Shown: positions 9,562 through 18,861 of the stretch, in pieces
How positions within the stretch are numbered: position 1 is the stretch's first letter
How the letters are laid out: the number at the start of each line of letters is the position of its first letter
Assembly: GCA_965219445.1 (NCBI GenBank)
Contig: CBDCNQ010000004.1
Coordinates: 192,001 to 256,000 of the forward strand
DNA from: Longimicrobiales bacterium
GTDB lineage: Bacteria > Gemmatimonadota > Gemmatimonadetes > Longimicrobiales > Gaopeijiaceae
Direction: 5' to 3'
Length of the DNA: 64,000 bases
Notes under the pieces: model-generated
What the model was told of the DNA's origin: nothing
The model's database searches: none
Seen by the model: the letters and a program-made list of their open reading frames with translations, nothing else
Translations under genes and position numbers: made by a program

Positions 9562-9678
9562 CTCCCCTCAAGGAGAGCCGCCGTGGAGACCCCATCGGCG
9601 GGAGGAGATTGACGAAGGCCCTAATCTGCTATAATCAGACCACGGTCTCAGCACATAAGTATCACGGAAGGGAGAGCT

Positions 9679-9966
9679 ATGCCGCAGACATCCTCGAGGG
9701 ACATTGATGAGAGTGCTCTAACGAAGGGCCACCTCCGCAAGCTGAACGCACTTCGCAAGTCCGTCGGCGAAGATATCGGCGAGCGGGCGTTCGCCGAGTG
9801 GCTCTCCCGGCCAGCAACCGCAAGGGCGAGCGACCGGAACGCCGAGTTGATCGCCGAAAGTCTTTGGTCCCTTGTTGAGCAAGGCAAGCTTGCGATTCGT
9901 TCTGGCGGCTATGTGGTCAAACGCGGGCGCGGGCGAATCATCGTCGAGCCAGCGAAAAAGACGTAG
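9679..9966 (+). CDS. Small basic hypothetical protein (possible DNA-binding)
   Basis: 95 aa, RBS GGGAG, natural-looking protein sequence. Confidence 0.6.
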   Translation: MPQTSSRDIDESALTKGHLRKLNALRKSVGEDIGERAFAEWLSRPATARASDRNAELIAESLWSLVEQGKLAIRSGGYVVKRGRGRIIVEPAKKT

Positions 9967-10019
9967 ACGCCCAGCGCCAGCCGCTTCCCCGACCGCCTTC
10001 CCGCGAGGGACTGATGGAC

Positions 10020-10240
10020 ACGGGAGCGACCCCCCGGCGGAGGGTGGCATGGGCGTGCACATGCCAACCCTCTGCGATGCCGATCGAGGCATCCCCAAAG
10101 GGGGGGTCGCTCCCGTCCACGGCCGCAAGCTCCGGAGCGGCGTCGCCGCTCCGGCGGCCGTGCCGCAACTGTAAGACAGGCAGCCACATACGGGAGCGCT
10201 GGCGCGCACATGGAAATGGCGTTTCGGTGCACATGCACCC
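10020..10240. repeat. Conserved hairpin-rich non-coding block, inverted relative to copies at ~11787-11970 and ~34440-34660
   Basis: Shared GGTGCA(C/T)(A/G)TGCAC and GGGAGCGACCCCC motifs; CCGGAGCGGC-N3-GCCGCTCCGG hairpin here and at 11872-11894. Confidence 0.85.
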
Positions 10241-10257
10241 CGTTGTCTGATGTGCAT

Positions 10258-10288
10258 CAGGTCGCAGGTTCGTATCCTGCTACGCCCA
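10258..10288 (+). other. tRNA 3'-half-like remnant (T-arm), possible att site
   Basis: GCAGG-TTCGTAT-CCTGC T-stem/loop followed by TACGCCCA, immediately beyond the integrase end; no 5' half. Confidence 0.45.
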
Positions 10289-10344
10289 AGGGACTTACGG
10301 GAATCGTTAGTCCGATTCCCGCTATTTGATTCCCGCTATTTGGG

Positions 10345-11508
10345 CTAAGAGCAGGCCCTCCGGCGGTCGTCGAGGGCCTTCCTGAGCTGGTCCTCGTCGG
10401 CCCGCTGGTAGCACTGGAGCACTGTTCTGGCCGTCTTCCAGCCCCCAAGCTCGCACAGCACCTTGAGCGGCTGGTCCATGAGGTCCGAAGCGAACTTCCG
10501 CCTCAGCGAGTGCCAGCCTCTGCGGTGCTTCGGCTCCAGCCCCGCGAGCCTCTCCGCTCTCCTCCACCAGGAGCGCGCCCGCCCGGAGCGCACGCACGTC
10601 GAAGGATTCCCGGGCGCGGGTAACACAAGCGCGTCGCCGATCCCAGGGTTCCTCTTTCGCGCCTCTTCCAAGACGACGATCGCCTCGATGGTCACCGGCG
10701 TCCGGTGTTCGTAGCCCGACTTCTCGTGCTCCACGCGCCACCGCACCACTCTTTCTTCGAAGTCGATGTCCGACCACCGAAGCTGGCGGATGGCACCGAT
10801 GCGGTGACCCGTCTCGTGCGCGAGCACGAGCGCGACACGAAACCGCCAGTCGACCTGGCGGGACACCTCTAGAAGCGCCTGGTATTCCTCCTCCACGAGG
10901 ACGACCCGGGTCGGGTTCTTCTCCTTGGGCGTCTTCAGACCCTGCAGCGGGTTCGAATCGAGGAGCAGGCGGCCCTGCTCGTCCCTCGACTTCGCGGCCC
11001 AGTTGAGGATCGCCAGCAGTAGCTTCAGGTCCTGTTGGATTGTTCGATCCGATACGGGCCTTCCGCTCGGGCCGACCCGGCCCGCCCGTCGTTCCCTGAT
11101 GAACCTGTCCCAGTCGCGCTGGGAGAGCGTTGCCGGGCTGCGGTCCCGTCCGAAGAACCCAAGGAACATCCGCATCGCGGCCCTGTCGTGCCGCCGCGAT
11201 TGCCTGCCCTTGGTGGGCGTCACCTCTTCACCGTAGATGTCAAAAAGCGTCTCCAGCGTGGGCGGCTCGGGCTCGGCTTCCGCTCCGCCCCCGATCTCCG
11301 GCCCGGCGAAGCCTGCGGCGAACTCGTCCGCCTGCCTCTTCGCCCGTGCCCAGTCGCGGTGCTTGAGCGATTTGCTCAGCCTGCGCCCGTTCTCACGCCA
11401 CTCGATCTGGAGCAGGCCGGTCTTGGGATCGGGAAACACCCGTACCCGGTTCCGGCCCCATTCGCCGGCGCCGTAACTGTGCCGGCTTCGTTTCGTGCGT
11501 GCCATCAT
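10345..11508 (-). CDS. Tyrosine recombinase/integrase (copy 1)
   Basis: HETGHRIG (R), WHSLRR (HxxR), LGGW and QCY (Y) catalytic motifs. Confidence 0.95.
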   Translation of the reverse strand: MMARTKRSRHSYGAGEWGRNRVRVFPDPKTGLLQIEWRENGRRLSKSLKHRDWARAKRQADEFAAGFAGPEIGGGAEAEPEPPTLETLFDIYGEEVTPTKGRQSRRHDRAAMRMFLGFFGRDRSPATLSQRDWDRFIRERRAGRVGPSGRPVSDRTIQQDLKLLLAILNWAAKSRDEQGRLLLDSNPLQGLKTPKEKNPTRVVLVEEEYQALLEVSRQVDWRFRVALVLAHETGHRIGAIRQLRWSDIDFEERVVRWRVEHEKSGYEHRTPVTIEAIVVLEEARKRNPGIGDALVLPAPGNPSTCVRSGRARSWWRRAERLAGLEPKHRRGWHSLRRKFASDLMDQPLKVLCELGGWKTARTVLQCYQRADEDQLRKALDDRRRACS

Positions 11509-12405
11509 TCGATTCCTCCTCGATGATGGACTGCACGATCTGCGCGCCTGAAACTTCGCGCTGAAAAGGCATCTTCGCCAGACGGGCGATTCCGCGTGCG
11601 CCGGGCCTTCCGGCGTTCAGGCCGCTCCGAGCCGATGACCCGCCGCGCTGGCGCTTCCCGATTCACGAGTCCGGCGCTATGATGGGAAGGTTGTTTTGCA
11701 GACGTGTCGAGAGCGGCTCGGGGGGCCGATCTTGACCGCCGATCACCGGGGGTCGGTGGCGTACCGCGCGTGCACATCGACATCGAGGTGCATGTGCACG
11801 GAACCACCGCTTCCATGTGCGCGCCAGCGGTTCCGTATGTCGCTGGCTGCTTTGCGGTTGCACCACGGTCGCCGGAGCGGCGATGCCGCTCCGGAGCTTG
11901 CGGCCGTGACCGGAGCGACCCCCCTCTTTGGATGCCCAGTACGGCATCGGGGAGGGTTGGATGTGGGTGCCCAGGACGGGCGCATCCCGGACTTGGCGGC
12001 TTGGGCTGTGGCCCGAGCCATCGGGGGTACCCCGGCCTTGCTCGGTGATGCCCGGCTGCCAGACGGCCGGCCGGTCGGCGAACGGGTGATCCGCCGCCTC
12101 GAAGCGGCGCTCAAACCGCCTTCCCGCGTAGGGATTGATGGATCGGGAGCGACCCCAAGGGACGGGGGCAGGGGTGTGAAAACACACCTGCGTCCGAACC
12201 CGTACCAGGCCCTCGGACTGGGGGGTCGCTCCCACCACGGCCGGTGCCGCCCCTGCGGTGCTGGCCGGCCTGTCCGCGGAAGCGCAAGACGCTGCCGCGC
12301 CAGCGGATAGGCGGGAAGCTCCGTGTGAATCGCCGGGGCGCCGAAGTGTGAATCGTACCCCCGCGTCGTTTGCGCACTCCAGTGCGGCCGTAAGTCGCGC
12401 GCCGC

Positions 12406-13380
12406 TCATCGGTAGCGAGCCCCGGCGAGGCGCGCGGTCCGCCATGTGCTGCCGCGGCGGATTGAGGCACGGGCGGCCTGCCGTCGGGCCTGTTTCTCCA
12501 GCGCCACGCTGCGCTTCATGGCGGCCTGGAGACCGCCGTACTCCTCCAGGATCGGGACCGCGCCCGCGAGAATGGCCTCCTCGATCCGGGCGAGCTCCTT
12601 GCGAACCTGGGGGTCGAGTTCGGCTGGACCGGAGGGCTCGGCCCAGTGGCGCATGACTCGCCGTGCCCGCTCAAGCTCTCTCGAGGGGCGACCGACCGCG
12701 ACAACCTCGACGGATCGGCCTCGTCTCCCAAGCACGTGCCAGAGCCCGCGGTGCGCCGCACCCCAGGAGTGAAGCGCGGTCGCGGTCGCGTGGCCGGGAT
12801 CGGCGTAGACGAAGACGGCGCGCTCGGCGTCCAGCGCGACGGGCAGCTTTACCGGGAAGTAGCGCCGAGTCGCACCGGCGCCACCCCGGTAAACCCGGAC
12901 GGGCAGCAGCCCGTGTTCGATGCCGAGGGCCTCGAACGCGGCGACTTTCTCGGATTCGGTGGCCAGCCAAGGCAAGCCGGGATGCTCGATCACGTAGTCG
13001 AGCGAGAGCAGGCGCCGCATGAGTACGGCGGGCGAGGCGTCGCGGCGGTGGCGGATGTGCTCGGCTCCGATGGCCCGGTAGATCCGCCGGGAGAAGATGC
13101 GGCACACGCGGCCGATCCCCCGGATGCCGGGCACGGTGTCCTCGGCGGCCAGGCCCTGCGCGATCAGCGCGTGGACGACGCGCCGCACCTGTTCCGGGTG
13201 TGCATCGAGGAATCGCGCGCACTGGACGCGGGTGAACGCGCCGCTGTGGAGGCAGACGAACGCGATCCACCCGGCCTTTTCTCCCGTCCAGCCGAATGGC
13301 GCGAGCGCCTCTTCGCTTCCCTGGAGGTGAACGATCGCATCGCTCACCGCCGACTTGAACTGCTGCTTCCGCGTCTCCAT
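12406..13380 (-). CDS. Conserved ICE backbone protein (winged-helix-like, possible replication/relaxation), fused N-terminus
   Basis: Paralog of 35129-36061 (CLHSG.FTR, HIRHRR, RRLLSLDYV); first ~14 aa resemble the regulator at 44408. Confidence 0.65.
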   Translation of the reverse strand: METRKQQFKSAVSDAIVHLQGSEEALAPFGWTGEKAGWIAFVCLHSGAFTRVQCARFLDAHPEQVRRVVHALIAQGLAAEDTVPGIRGIGRVCRIFSRRIYRAIGAEHIRHRRDASPAVLMRRLLSLDYVIEHPGLPWLATESEKVAAFEALGIEHGLLPVRVYRGGAGATRRYFPVKLPVALDAERAVFVYADPGHATATALHSWGAAHRGLWHVLGRRGRSVEVVAVGRPSRELERARRVMRHWAEPSGPAELDPQVRKELARIEEAILAGAVPILEEYGGLQAAMKRSVALEKQARRQAARASIRRGSTWRTARLAGARYR

Positions 13381-13706
13381 GCCCGGAACAGTGAAGAGCC
13401 GTTTGCAAGAAAGTCAACCATTGGGGAATCTCCCAATTGCTCGTAGCGGCTAGAGATAGCCAGTACGGTACGCGAGCTGTTGGACACCGCCGCCAGCACC
13501 CCCGCCCCCGCCCCCACATGGCTCGCTGGAAGCTTGGTCACGGGACGTAGCGCGACCGGGAGGCCGGTCTGGGCAAAGCGTCGCGCCCGGCGGAACCCGA
13601 GCGCGGCGGTGTGCATCGGAGGGCACTGACCCGCAGGCGGCTCGATTGCTCCGGTGAGAACCCCGCGATATTGGTTGCTCGATTTGTGACGCGGAGAGAG
13701 AAAGCC

Positions 13707-13865
13707 ATGAAGAGCCTGCCCGAGCGCATCATGGAGCACGCCGACGCCACGCCGGAGGCCACGCCGATCTGCCCGGCGGCCCTGCTTCACCTCGGCCAAA
13801 AGGGCCGCGGTGGGTCAGGCCCTCTCCCGCCTGGCCCGTTCAGGCCGGCTCATGCGGATCTGTGA
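13707..13865 (+). pseudogene. AbiEi/DUF6088 antitoxin 5' fragment
   Basis: Near-identical to the start of the gene at 44810; frameshifted and truncated. Confidence 0.75.
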
Positions 13866-14059
13866 CGAGGGTTGCGGCTCTCTCGTGCCCCCCCGCATCA
13901 TTTGACCAGTCCCCTCCTGAAAACTCTGAGCTGGCCCTTGTACCGTTACGCGAATCCTTCCATGACTCTCAACGCCGGTTGAAAATGTCACACATCGGGG
14001 GGAGGTGACGGGCCTCTAAGTCGTCGTCGTCTCCTTCGATGTTCTCCTCCTCTTGCGAG

Positions 14060-14305
14060 TGACCTGACCCCCTGAAACGAGACCAGGTGCAATGTTAGGA
14101 TCGACCTGGTGTGAAGCTTTTCAGCGAGGAGGTCAGGATGGGAAGGAAGCGACACACTCCGGAGCAGATCATCACTGCACTGCGGGAGGCAGAGGTCGGT
14201 CTGGCCCGCGGCAAATCCGTGAAGCTGATCAGCCGGGAGCTCGGCATCACCGAGCAGACGTACTACCGGTGGAGGCGGGAGTACGGCGGGATGAAGGTGA
14301 GCCAG
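14060..14305 (+). mobile_element. IS3-family left end plus orfA fragment
   Basis: TGACCTGACCCCCTGAAA end; MGRKRHTPEQIITALREAE...GITEQTYYRWRREYGGMK. Confidence 0.85.
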
Positions 14306-14419
14306 GGGCACGGCGCCTGCCTGCTCCGCTCACTCGGCGTGGGCGACGGCGGAGATCGCTCCTCCCTGCGAGGGCCGACCGACCGGGACCCGGCCGCGCT
14401 CGAGCTCTAGCCCGCCCCC

Positions 14420-14734
14420 ATGCAACCCTGGAAGATCAGCGCGGGGCTGACCGCTGCCCTAGCAGGCTCGGCCGTCCTACTCGCTGGGGCTCGTTTCAAG
14501 TATCTGGCGCCGTTCTGGCCACTGATCCTCTCGGACTATGGCGTTCTCATCGCCCTGCACCTGGGGTTGGCACTGACGGCCGCTCTAGCCGCCATCTACG
14601 GTGTCGCGCGAGCCGCCGGACTCGCCGACCTGGGGCGGCGCGTCGATCTCGTCGAGCGCTCCGTCCGGCGCGGCGAGGGCGATCCCGAGCTCGCCCGCGC
14701 TCTCAAGAGAGACGCCGAGGGCCACTGGGACTGA
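14420..14734 (+). CDS. Small membrane protein of the ICE family
   Basis: Two hydrophobic helices; 3' half repeated at ~56050-56222. Confidence 0.6.
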   Translation: MQPWKISAGLTAALAGSAVLLAGARFKYLAPFWPLILSDYGVLIALHLGLALTAALAAIYGVARAAGLADLGRRVDLVERSVRRGEGDPELARALKRDAEGHWD

Positions 14735-15279
14735 ACGCGGGGATGAATCCTCCTTCGACGGTAGTCCTCGGAAGTCTGCAAGGCTCATTCAGGCTTCGTC
14801 TGCACGGTCCGCGTTCCCCCCAGCCTTGTTCGAGAGAGGAAGCCTCCCGTGTTCCTCGAAAGCGCCCTGGGCGCCGGTGGGCTGAAGGGGAGGCGAAGCC
14901 AGATCACGGATGGCGCGGGACGGGGCCGGGTGCCACGCAAGTACCGTGATCAGCTGTGCGCCAACGTTGGCGAGGTCGTCGAACTCGTCGTCGAGTTGCT
15001 CCGCTTTCAGAGTTGGCGGGCGGAAGGAGAATAGAGATGCCGGAAACCAGACAGAGCAAGATTGGTGTTACGATATTCAGCGCTCGCGATCGAACGTTCC
15101 GGGCGGTGGCTGAATCCTCAGGGCCCACCTCGATGACCATGAACCGGTTGCCCAAATCAGAAAAGCAGACTAAACAAGTACACGCTCCCGAGCCACCACC
15201 TTCAACTGTCAGCAGGACACCATCCTCATGCAGGTCAGATACGTCGATGGACCACGGTAGCGGTGCGCGCCCGGCGGTG

Positions 15280-15475
15280 TGCGACTACGCGCGGTATCAG
15301 CGGGCCGAGCTCAACCGAATCAACGTGTTCCCGGTCCCGGATGGGGATACGGGCACCAACCGCGCCCTGACGGTTCAGGCGATCGCGGACCATCTCCGGC
15401 CGGGTTGTTATCGAGAGGCCTCGGCCGTAGCGTACGAGGCCACCCATGGTGCGGCTGTCGGAGCTCGCGGGAAGG
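15280..15475 (+). pseudogene. DAK2-domain (FakA/DegV-associated) gene fragment
   Basis: ELNRINVFPVPDGDTGTN and GARG motifs; short and lacking start and end. Confidence 0.75.
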
Positions 15476-15593
15476 TGATCACATTTCCTTGTTGATCCTC
15501 TGGATCTCGTGGTCCCCTCGCGCCGTCGGATCAGAGCAGGTCGAACGCATGAAGCCTGTGGTCTTCACCCGTGCCTGTGGATTGGGTCGTTGA

Positions 15594-16178
15594 ATGCCGA
15601 TTCCAGCTTTTGACTTTGACGGCGTTCTCCCGCCCTTTGTAGGTGTGCAAGGGCCAGGTGGCGTACCTACAGATATGTCTCCCTACGTCGCCACGGCATT
15701 GGAGGTCGCCAGTGGCTTTGGAGGCACTGCAGGGCGCCGGACCATATTGCGTGGGTGGCTTGGCCATCGAGCCGCGATGCGTGCGGCTGGATTTGACCGG
15801 GGCTTTCAGTGGCTAGACGGCAGCTTCGTCGAGGACAAGGAACCGCGTGATCTTGATCTCGTAACCTTCCTCTACCGTCCGCGGAAGGTCCACGACCCTG
15901 CCGCGCTTACGGCTGTGATGTCCGCAAATCCAGACCTTTTTCTAAGACCGCGCGTTCGTCAAAGGTACAGCCTCGACTCATTCCCGATCGACCTAGATGG
16001 ATCGCCCGAAGGCATTGTCGCAACATCATGTTACTTTCTTGGATTATTCTCCCATCGGCGTGCCGACAACCGTTGGAAGGGCACGATTCAGGTGCGACTT
16101 GAGGATCCCAACGACGACACCGCAGCGTTGGGAGCACTCGATTCAAGCCCAGCGGAGCAAGAAAGGAATCCCCAATGA
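15594..16178 (+). CDS. DUF6932-like Pol-beta superfamily nucleotidyltransferase
   Basis: IPAF...GVLPP start; WLDGSF...EPRDLDLV (GS + DxD) motif. Confidence 0.7.
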   Translation: MPIPAFDFDGVLPPFVGVQGPGGVPTDMSPYVATALEVASGFGGTAGRRTILRGWLGHRAAMRAAGFDRGFQWLDGSFVEDKEPRDLDLVTFLYRPRKVHDPAALTAVMSANPDLFLRPRVRQRYSLDSFPIDLDGSPEGIVATSCYFLGLFSHRRADNRWKGTIQVRLEDPNDDTAALGALDSSPAEQERNPQ

Positions 16179-17116
16179 CCAGCCAGCGTAAGTTGGAGCG
16201 CGACCTCCTCCATGCAGATATGGCCGCTGTTAACACGTTGCTGGACCAGCTCGATGAGGAAGATGTGATGACGCGCTTCGGTCTGGAGGCCCGTCGCGAC
16301 GAGCTGCGCGACTTAATCTCGGCGTCGGAGGCGGAGCCGGAGGAAGCAACCGCGTCCGCAATTCTCTTCTTCGGGGGCCGGCCTGTGACCGGAACCCGCG
16401 GGATCGAGAGCGAGTTCGCGTGTCTGGCGGTGAGCAAATTTCAAGATCTCGTCGCAAAGATGACAGCGCAGAAAGCCGGCACTCTTGGTCAACGGGGCGT
16501 GGTGCCGAATAAAGGCTTTTCGACGCTGCACATCACGAACATAACCCGCGGGTCAATCGGGTTTGTTCTGGAGGAAGTGCAACCCCAGACGCAGCACATC
16601 GGCGCGCCGCTTAAAACTTCGGTGAATGAGGCAATGCAGTTGCTCGATGCCTACGGCGAGGCAGACGAAGTGCAATTTCATCACGCCGTCGAAGCGATGA
16701 ATCAGCGCGTGCTTGGCACCACACGAGATTTTTTTGAACTAATGCGCGAATGCGGGGCGACGTTGCGTCTCGTCGCGAACGAGTCGGAATGCAGCCTCGG
16801 CTCAGAGGCCGTCATGCGTGCGGCTGAGCGGGCGAAGTTCACGACGACAGAAGAGGCCGAGGAGATTATCGTAGGCCAATTGGCCGGCGTGTTGCCTACC
16901 GCCCGTCGATTCGAGTTCCGCACCCGTGATGCCCGTGGAGTTATCAACGGGAAGGTCGACAGTGCGCTTACCGCCCATGTGCTCGCCCACCTTGGCCGCA
17001 AATGGGTAGATGTTGACGCGCATGCCCGGATTGTGGTGAAGCGGGTATTTCGCAAGGATGCTGTGGTACGGGAGAGCTACACGTTAATGAACTTGGTGGC
17101 GCCGACTAGCGCTTGA
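16175..17116 (+). CDS. Hypothetical protein translationally coupled to the nucleotidyltransferase
   Basis: ATGA overlap; N-terminal coiled coil, LFFGGRPV.G.RGI motif, beta-rich C-terminus. Confidence 0.75.
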   Translation: MTSQRKLERDLLHADMAAVNTLLDQLDEEDVMTRFGLEARRDELRDLISASEAEPEEATASAILFFGGRPVTGTRGIESEFACLAVSKFQDLVAKMTAQKAGTLGQRGVVPNKGFSTLHITNITRGSIGFVLEEVQPQTQHIGAPLKTSVNEAMQLLDAYGEADEVQFHHAVEAMNQRVLGTTRDFFELMRECGATLRLVANESECSLGSEAVMRAAERAKFTTTEEAEEIIVGQLAGVLPTARRFEFRTRDARGVINGKVDSALTAHVLAHLGRKWVDVDAHARIVVKRVFRKDAVVRESYTLMNLVAPTSA

Positions 17117-17131
17117 GGGCGGAGACATCGG

Positions 17132-17464
17132 TCAACCGCACCAGACCACTCTGCCCTCCCGGAGCCAGAAGTGCGACCGACAGCCGGTACGCCGCCACAC
17201 CGATGGCAAAAGGCTGGGACGACCGCGATGATCGATAGAGAGTGACCATCTTGGCCGCGCTTCGGGCGCGACCAGCAGTTCAATCGTTTCGCCGCATCCG
17301 CATGGGCAGCCCATGCCTATGCTCCAATCCTCCTGATCTTCGCACGTGACGATGAGATCGCGACGTGGCAGGATGGATGGCAGCATATCGCCGTCGATAA
17401 CCCGCATGCGCCGTCGCGGAAGGATCCCTTCCTTGGCATTGCGCCACCACCGGCGCAGTATCAT
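17132..17464 (-). CDS. DUF6527-family Cys/His protein
   Basis: CPCGCG...W...PSLLPSVW...GCRSHFW..G.V.W. Confidence 0.85.
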   Translation of the reverse strand: MILRRWWRNAKEGILPRRRMRVIDGDMLPSILPRRDLIVTCEDQEDWSIGMGCPCGCGETIELLVAPEARPRWSLSIDHRGRPSLLPSVWRRTGCRSHFWLREGRVVWCG

Positions 17465-18861
17465 GACGGCACCTTGACACCGGGGTTAGCGAGCGCGGGC
17501 AGTCCAAGAAGAGGTTCACGGGCCCCGCAGCCCAGAAGCGGATTGGGACTTATCTCGAAAGCATCCTCGCTGAAAAAATCTTCGTCGCCAGCTGCCAGAC
17601 TAAACTGCGTACGCGCATAGTTGCGATTGGGGTCGAGGCGAAAGGGGTAGGCTCGCAGGATGAACTCATTCATGCAGGCTGCCGCCGCCCGCATGTTTAG
17701 GGAGATTACGGCTGGCGCCTCTTCAATCGCCCCCTTGATATAGCCCGCTTCGACTTCTTGAGCGTGAGCATCAGGCGCCACGGATCGGAGATATTCGGCG
17801 CGCAACCTCTCCGGGGTATAGACCTTGCGATCGCCGAGGGTGGCGCCGCCGGGCTGGACATAGTCGATACGTCCGACCGCGTCGATGATGGCGATGGCGG
17901 ACTCCGCATTTCGGACCGGAATGACGACGCCGACATCGAACAACGGCAACACGAAGGCAGCAGCGATCAGATCGGCTAAATGTCGGGCCTCCAGCGTATC
18001 GACACAGCAGAACATTACATCGCCTTGGCTAGCGGCGAGCACAGCGTCCCGTGTATTGATCGGTGCGATGACCGGGGTGGCGATGCCCGGTCCTCGATAG
18101 GTGGTGATGGCCTCGGCGAAAGCGTCGGACTTGAACCGTCGGGCTACGACGTCCGCCAGCGTAGCGTTAAGGATGCGGTTGAGATTGCGCTGCTTTATGC
18201 GATCGAAATCGATCAGCGTCACGCCACCGAAGCCGAGCCGGGCGGCCTGTTCGGCTTGGATCGATCCCGTGCCGGAAACGCCGATGATGATGGCAGTCAG
18301 CCGCCCGAGTTCGGCGGTCATACCGCTCGTGAAGGCCACCGGGCGTGCGCCTGTCTCCACCGACAAAGACTCGTCGTTCCACCAAAAGTGGATATCATCG
18401 CCCGCGCTGGTTACGAGGTCGACGGGACGCGGAGCCATATCCGAGTCGTAAAGCCGAGCGCGCATGGCACCGCTGGGAATCATGATCGCGGAGCCATGCC
18501 AATCACCATAAGCCTGAAACAGCGATTCGATGGTTATGAGGTCGCTCTTGTCGTCGGCTTCAGAAAAGGCGAACAGCCCGCCGGGATGCGAATGCAGCAG
18601 GATGAGGCAGAGCCCTTCGGCCTCGCCACGATCGATCGCTTCTTCAAGAAACCGGCCGGGCCAAGTGATGGCATCATGCCCCCGATGGGCGCAGGCATCG
18701 TAGGGAATGGGAATGATTTCGCGCACGAGCAGCCGCAGACGCGGGCCCGGTGTCCGGGCGCACAGAAGGATCGTGGCGGCCTCACAACCATCGCCCGGAA
18801 AGAGGTGGCAATGCGCCTGTGTATGAGTCGTCCCGGCCAGCGCGAGAGTCGTCGAAATCAT
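17461..18861 (-). CDS. JAB/MPN peptidase fused to ThiF/E1-like adenylating domain
   Basis: E...HSHPGG...FSEADD JAB motif; GVSGTGS, DFDRIKQRNLNR and CVD ThiF motifs; ATGA overlaps at both ends. Confidence 0.9.
   Translation of the reverse strand: MISTTLALAGTTHTQAHCHLFPGDGCEAATILLCARTPGPRLRLLVREIIPIPYDACAHRGHDAITWPGRFLEEAIDRGEAEGLCLILLHSHPGGLFAFSEADDKSDLITIESLFQAYGDWHGSAIMIPSGAMRARLYDSDMAPRPVDLVTSAGDDIHFWWNDESLSVETGARPVAFTSGMTAELGRLTAIIIGVSGTGSIQAEQAARLGFGGVTLIDFDRIKQRNLNRILNATLADVVARRFKSDAFAEAITTYRGPGIATPVIAPINTRDAVLAASQGDVMFCCVDTLEARHLADLIAAAFVLPLFDVGVVIPVRNAESAIAIIDAVGRIDYVQPGGATLGDRKVYTPERLRAEYLRSVAPDAHAQEVEAGYIKGAIEEAPAVISLNMRAAAACMNEFILRAYPFRLDPNRNYARTQFSLAAGDEDFFSEDAFEISPNPLLGCGAREPLLGLPALANPGVKVPS

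Noticed and set aside
10200..10295. Complete tRNA gene
   Set aside because: Only a T-arm-like 3' portion is present; no D-arm, anticodon arm or matching acceptor 5' strand
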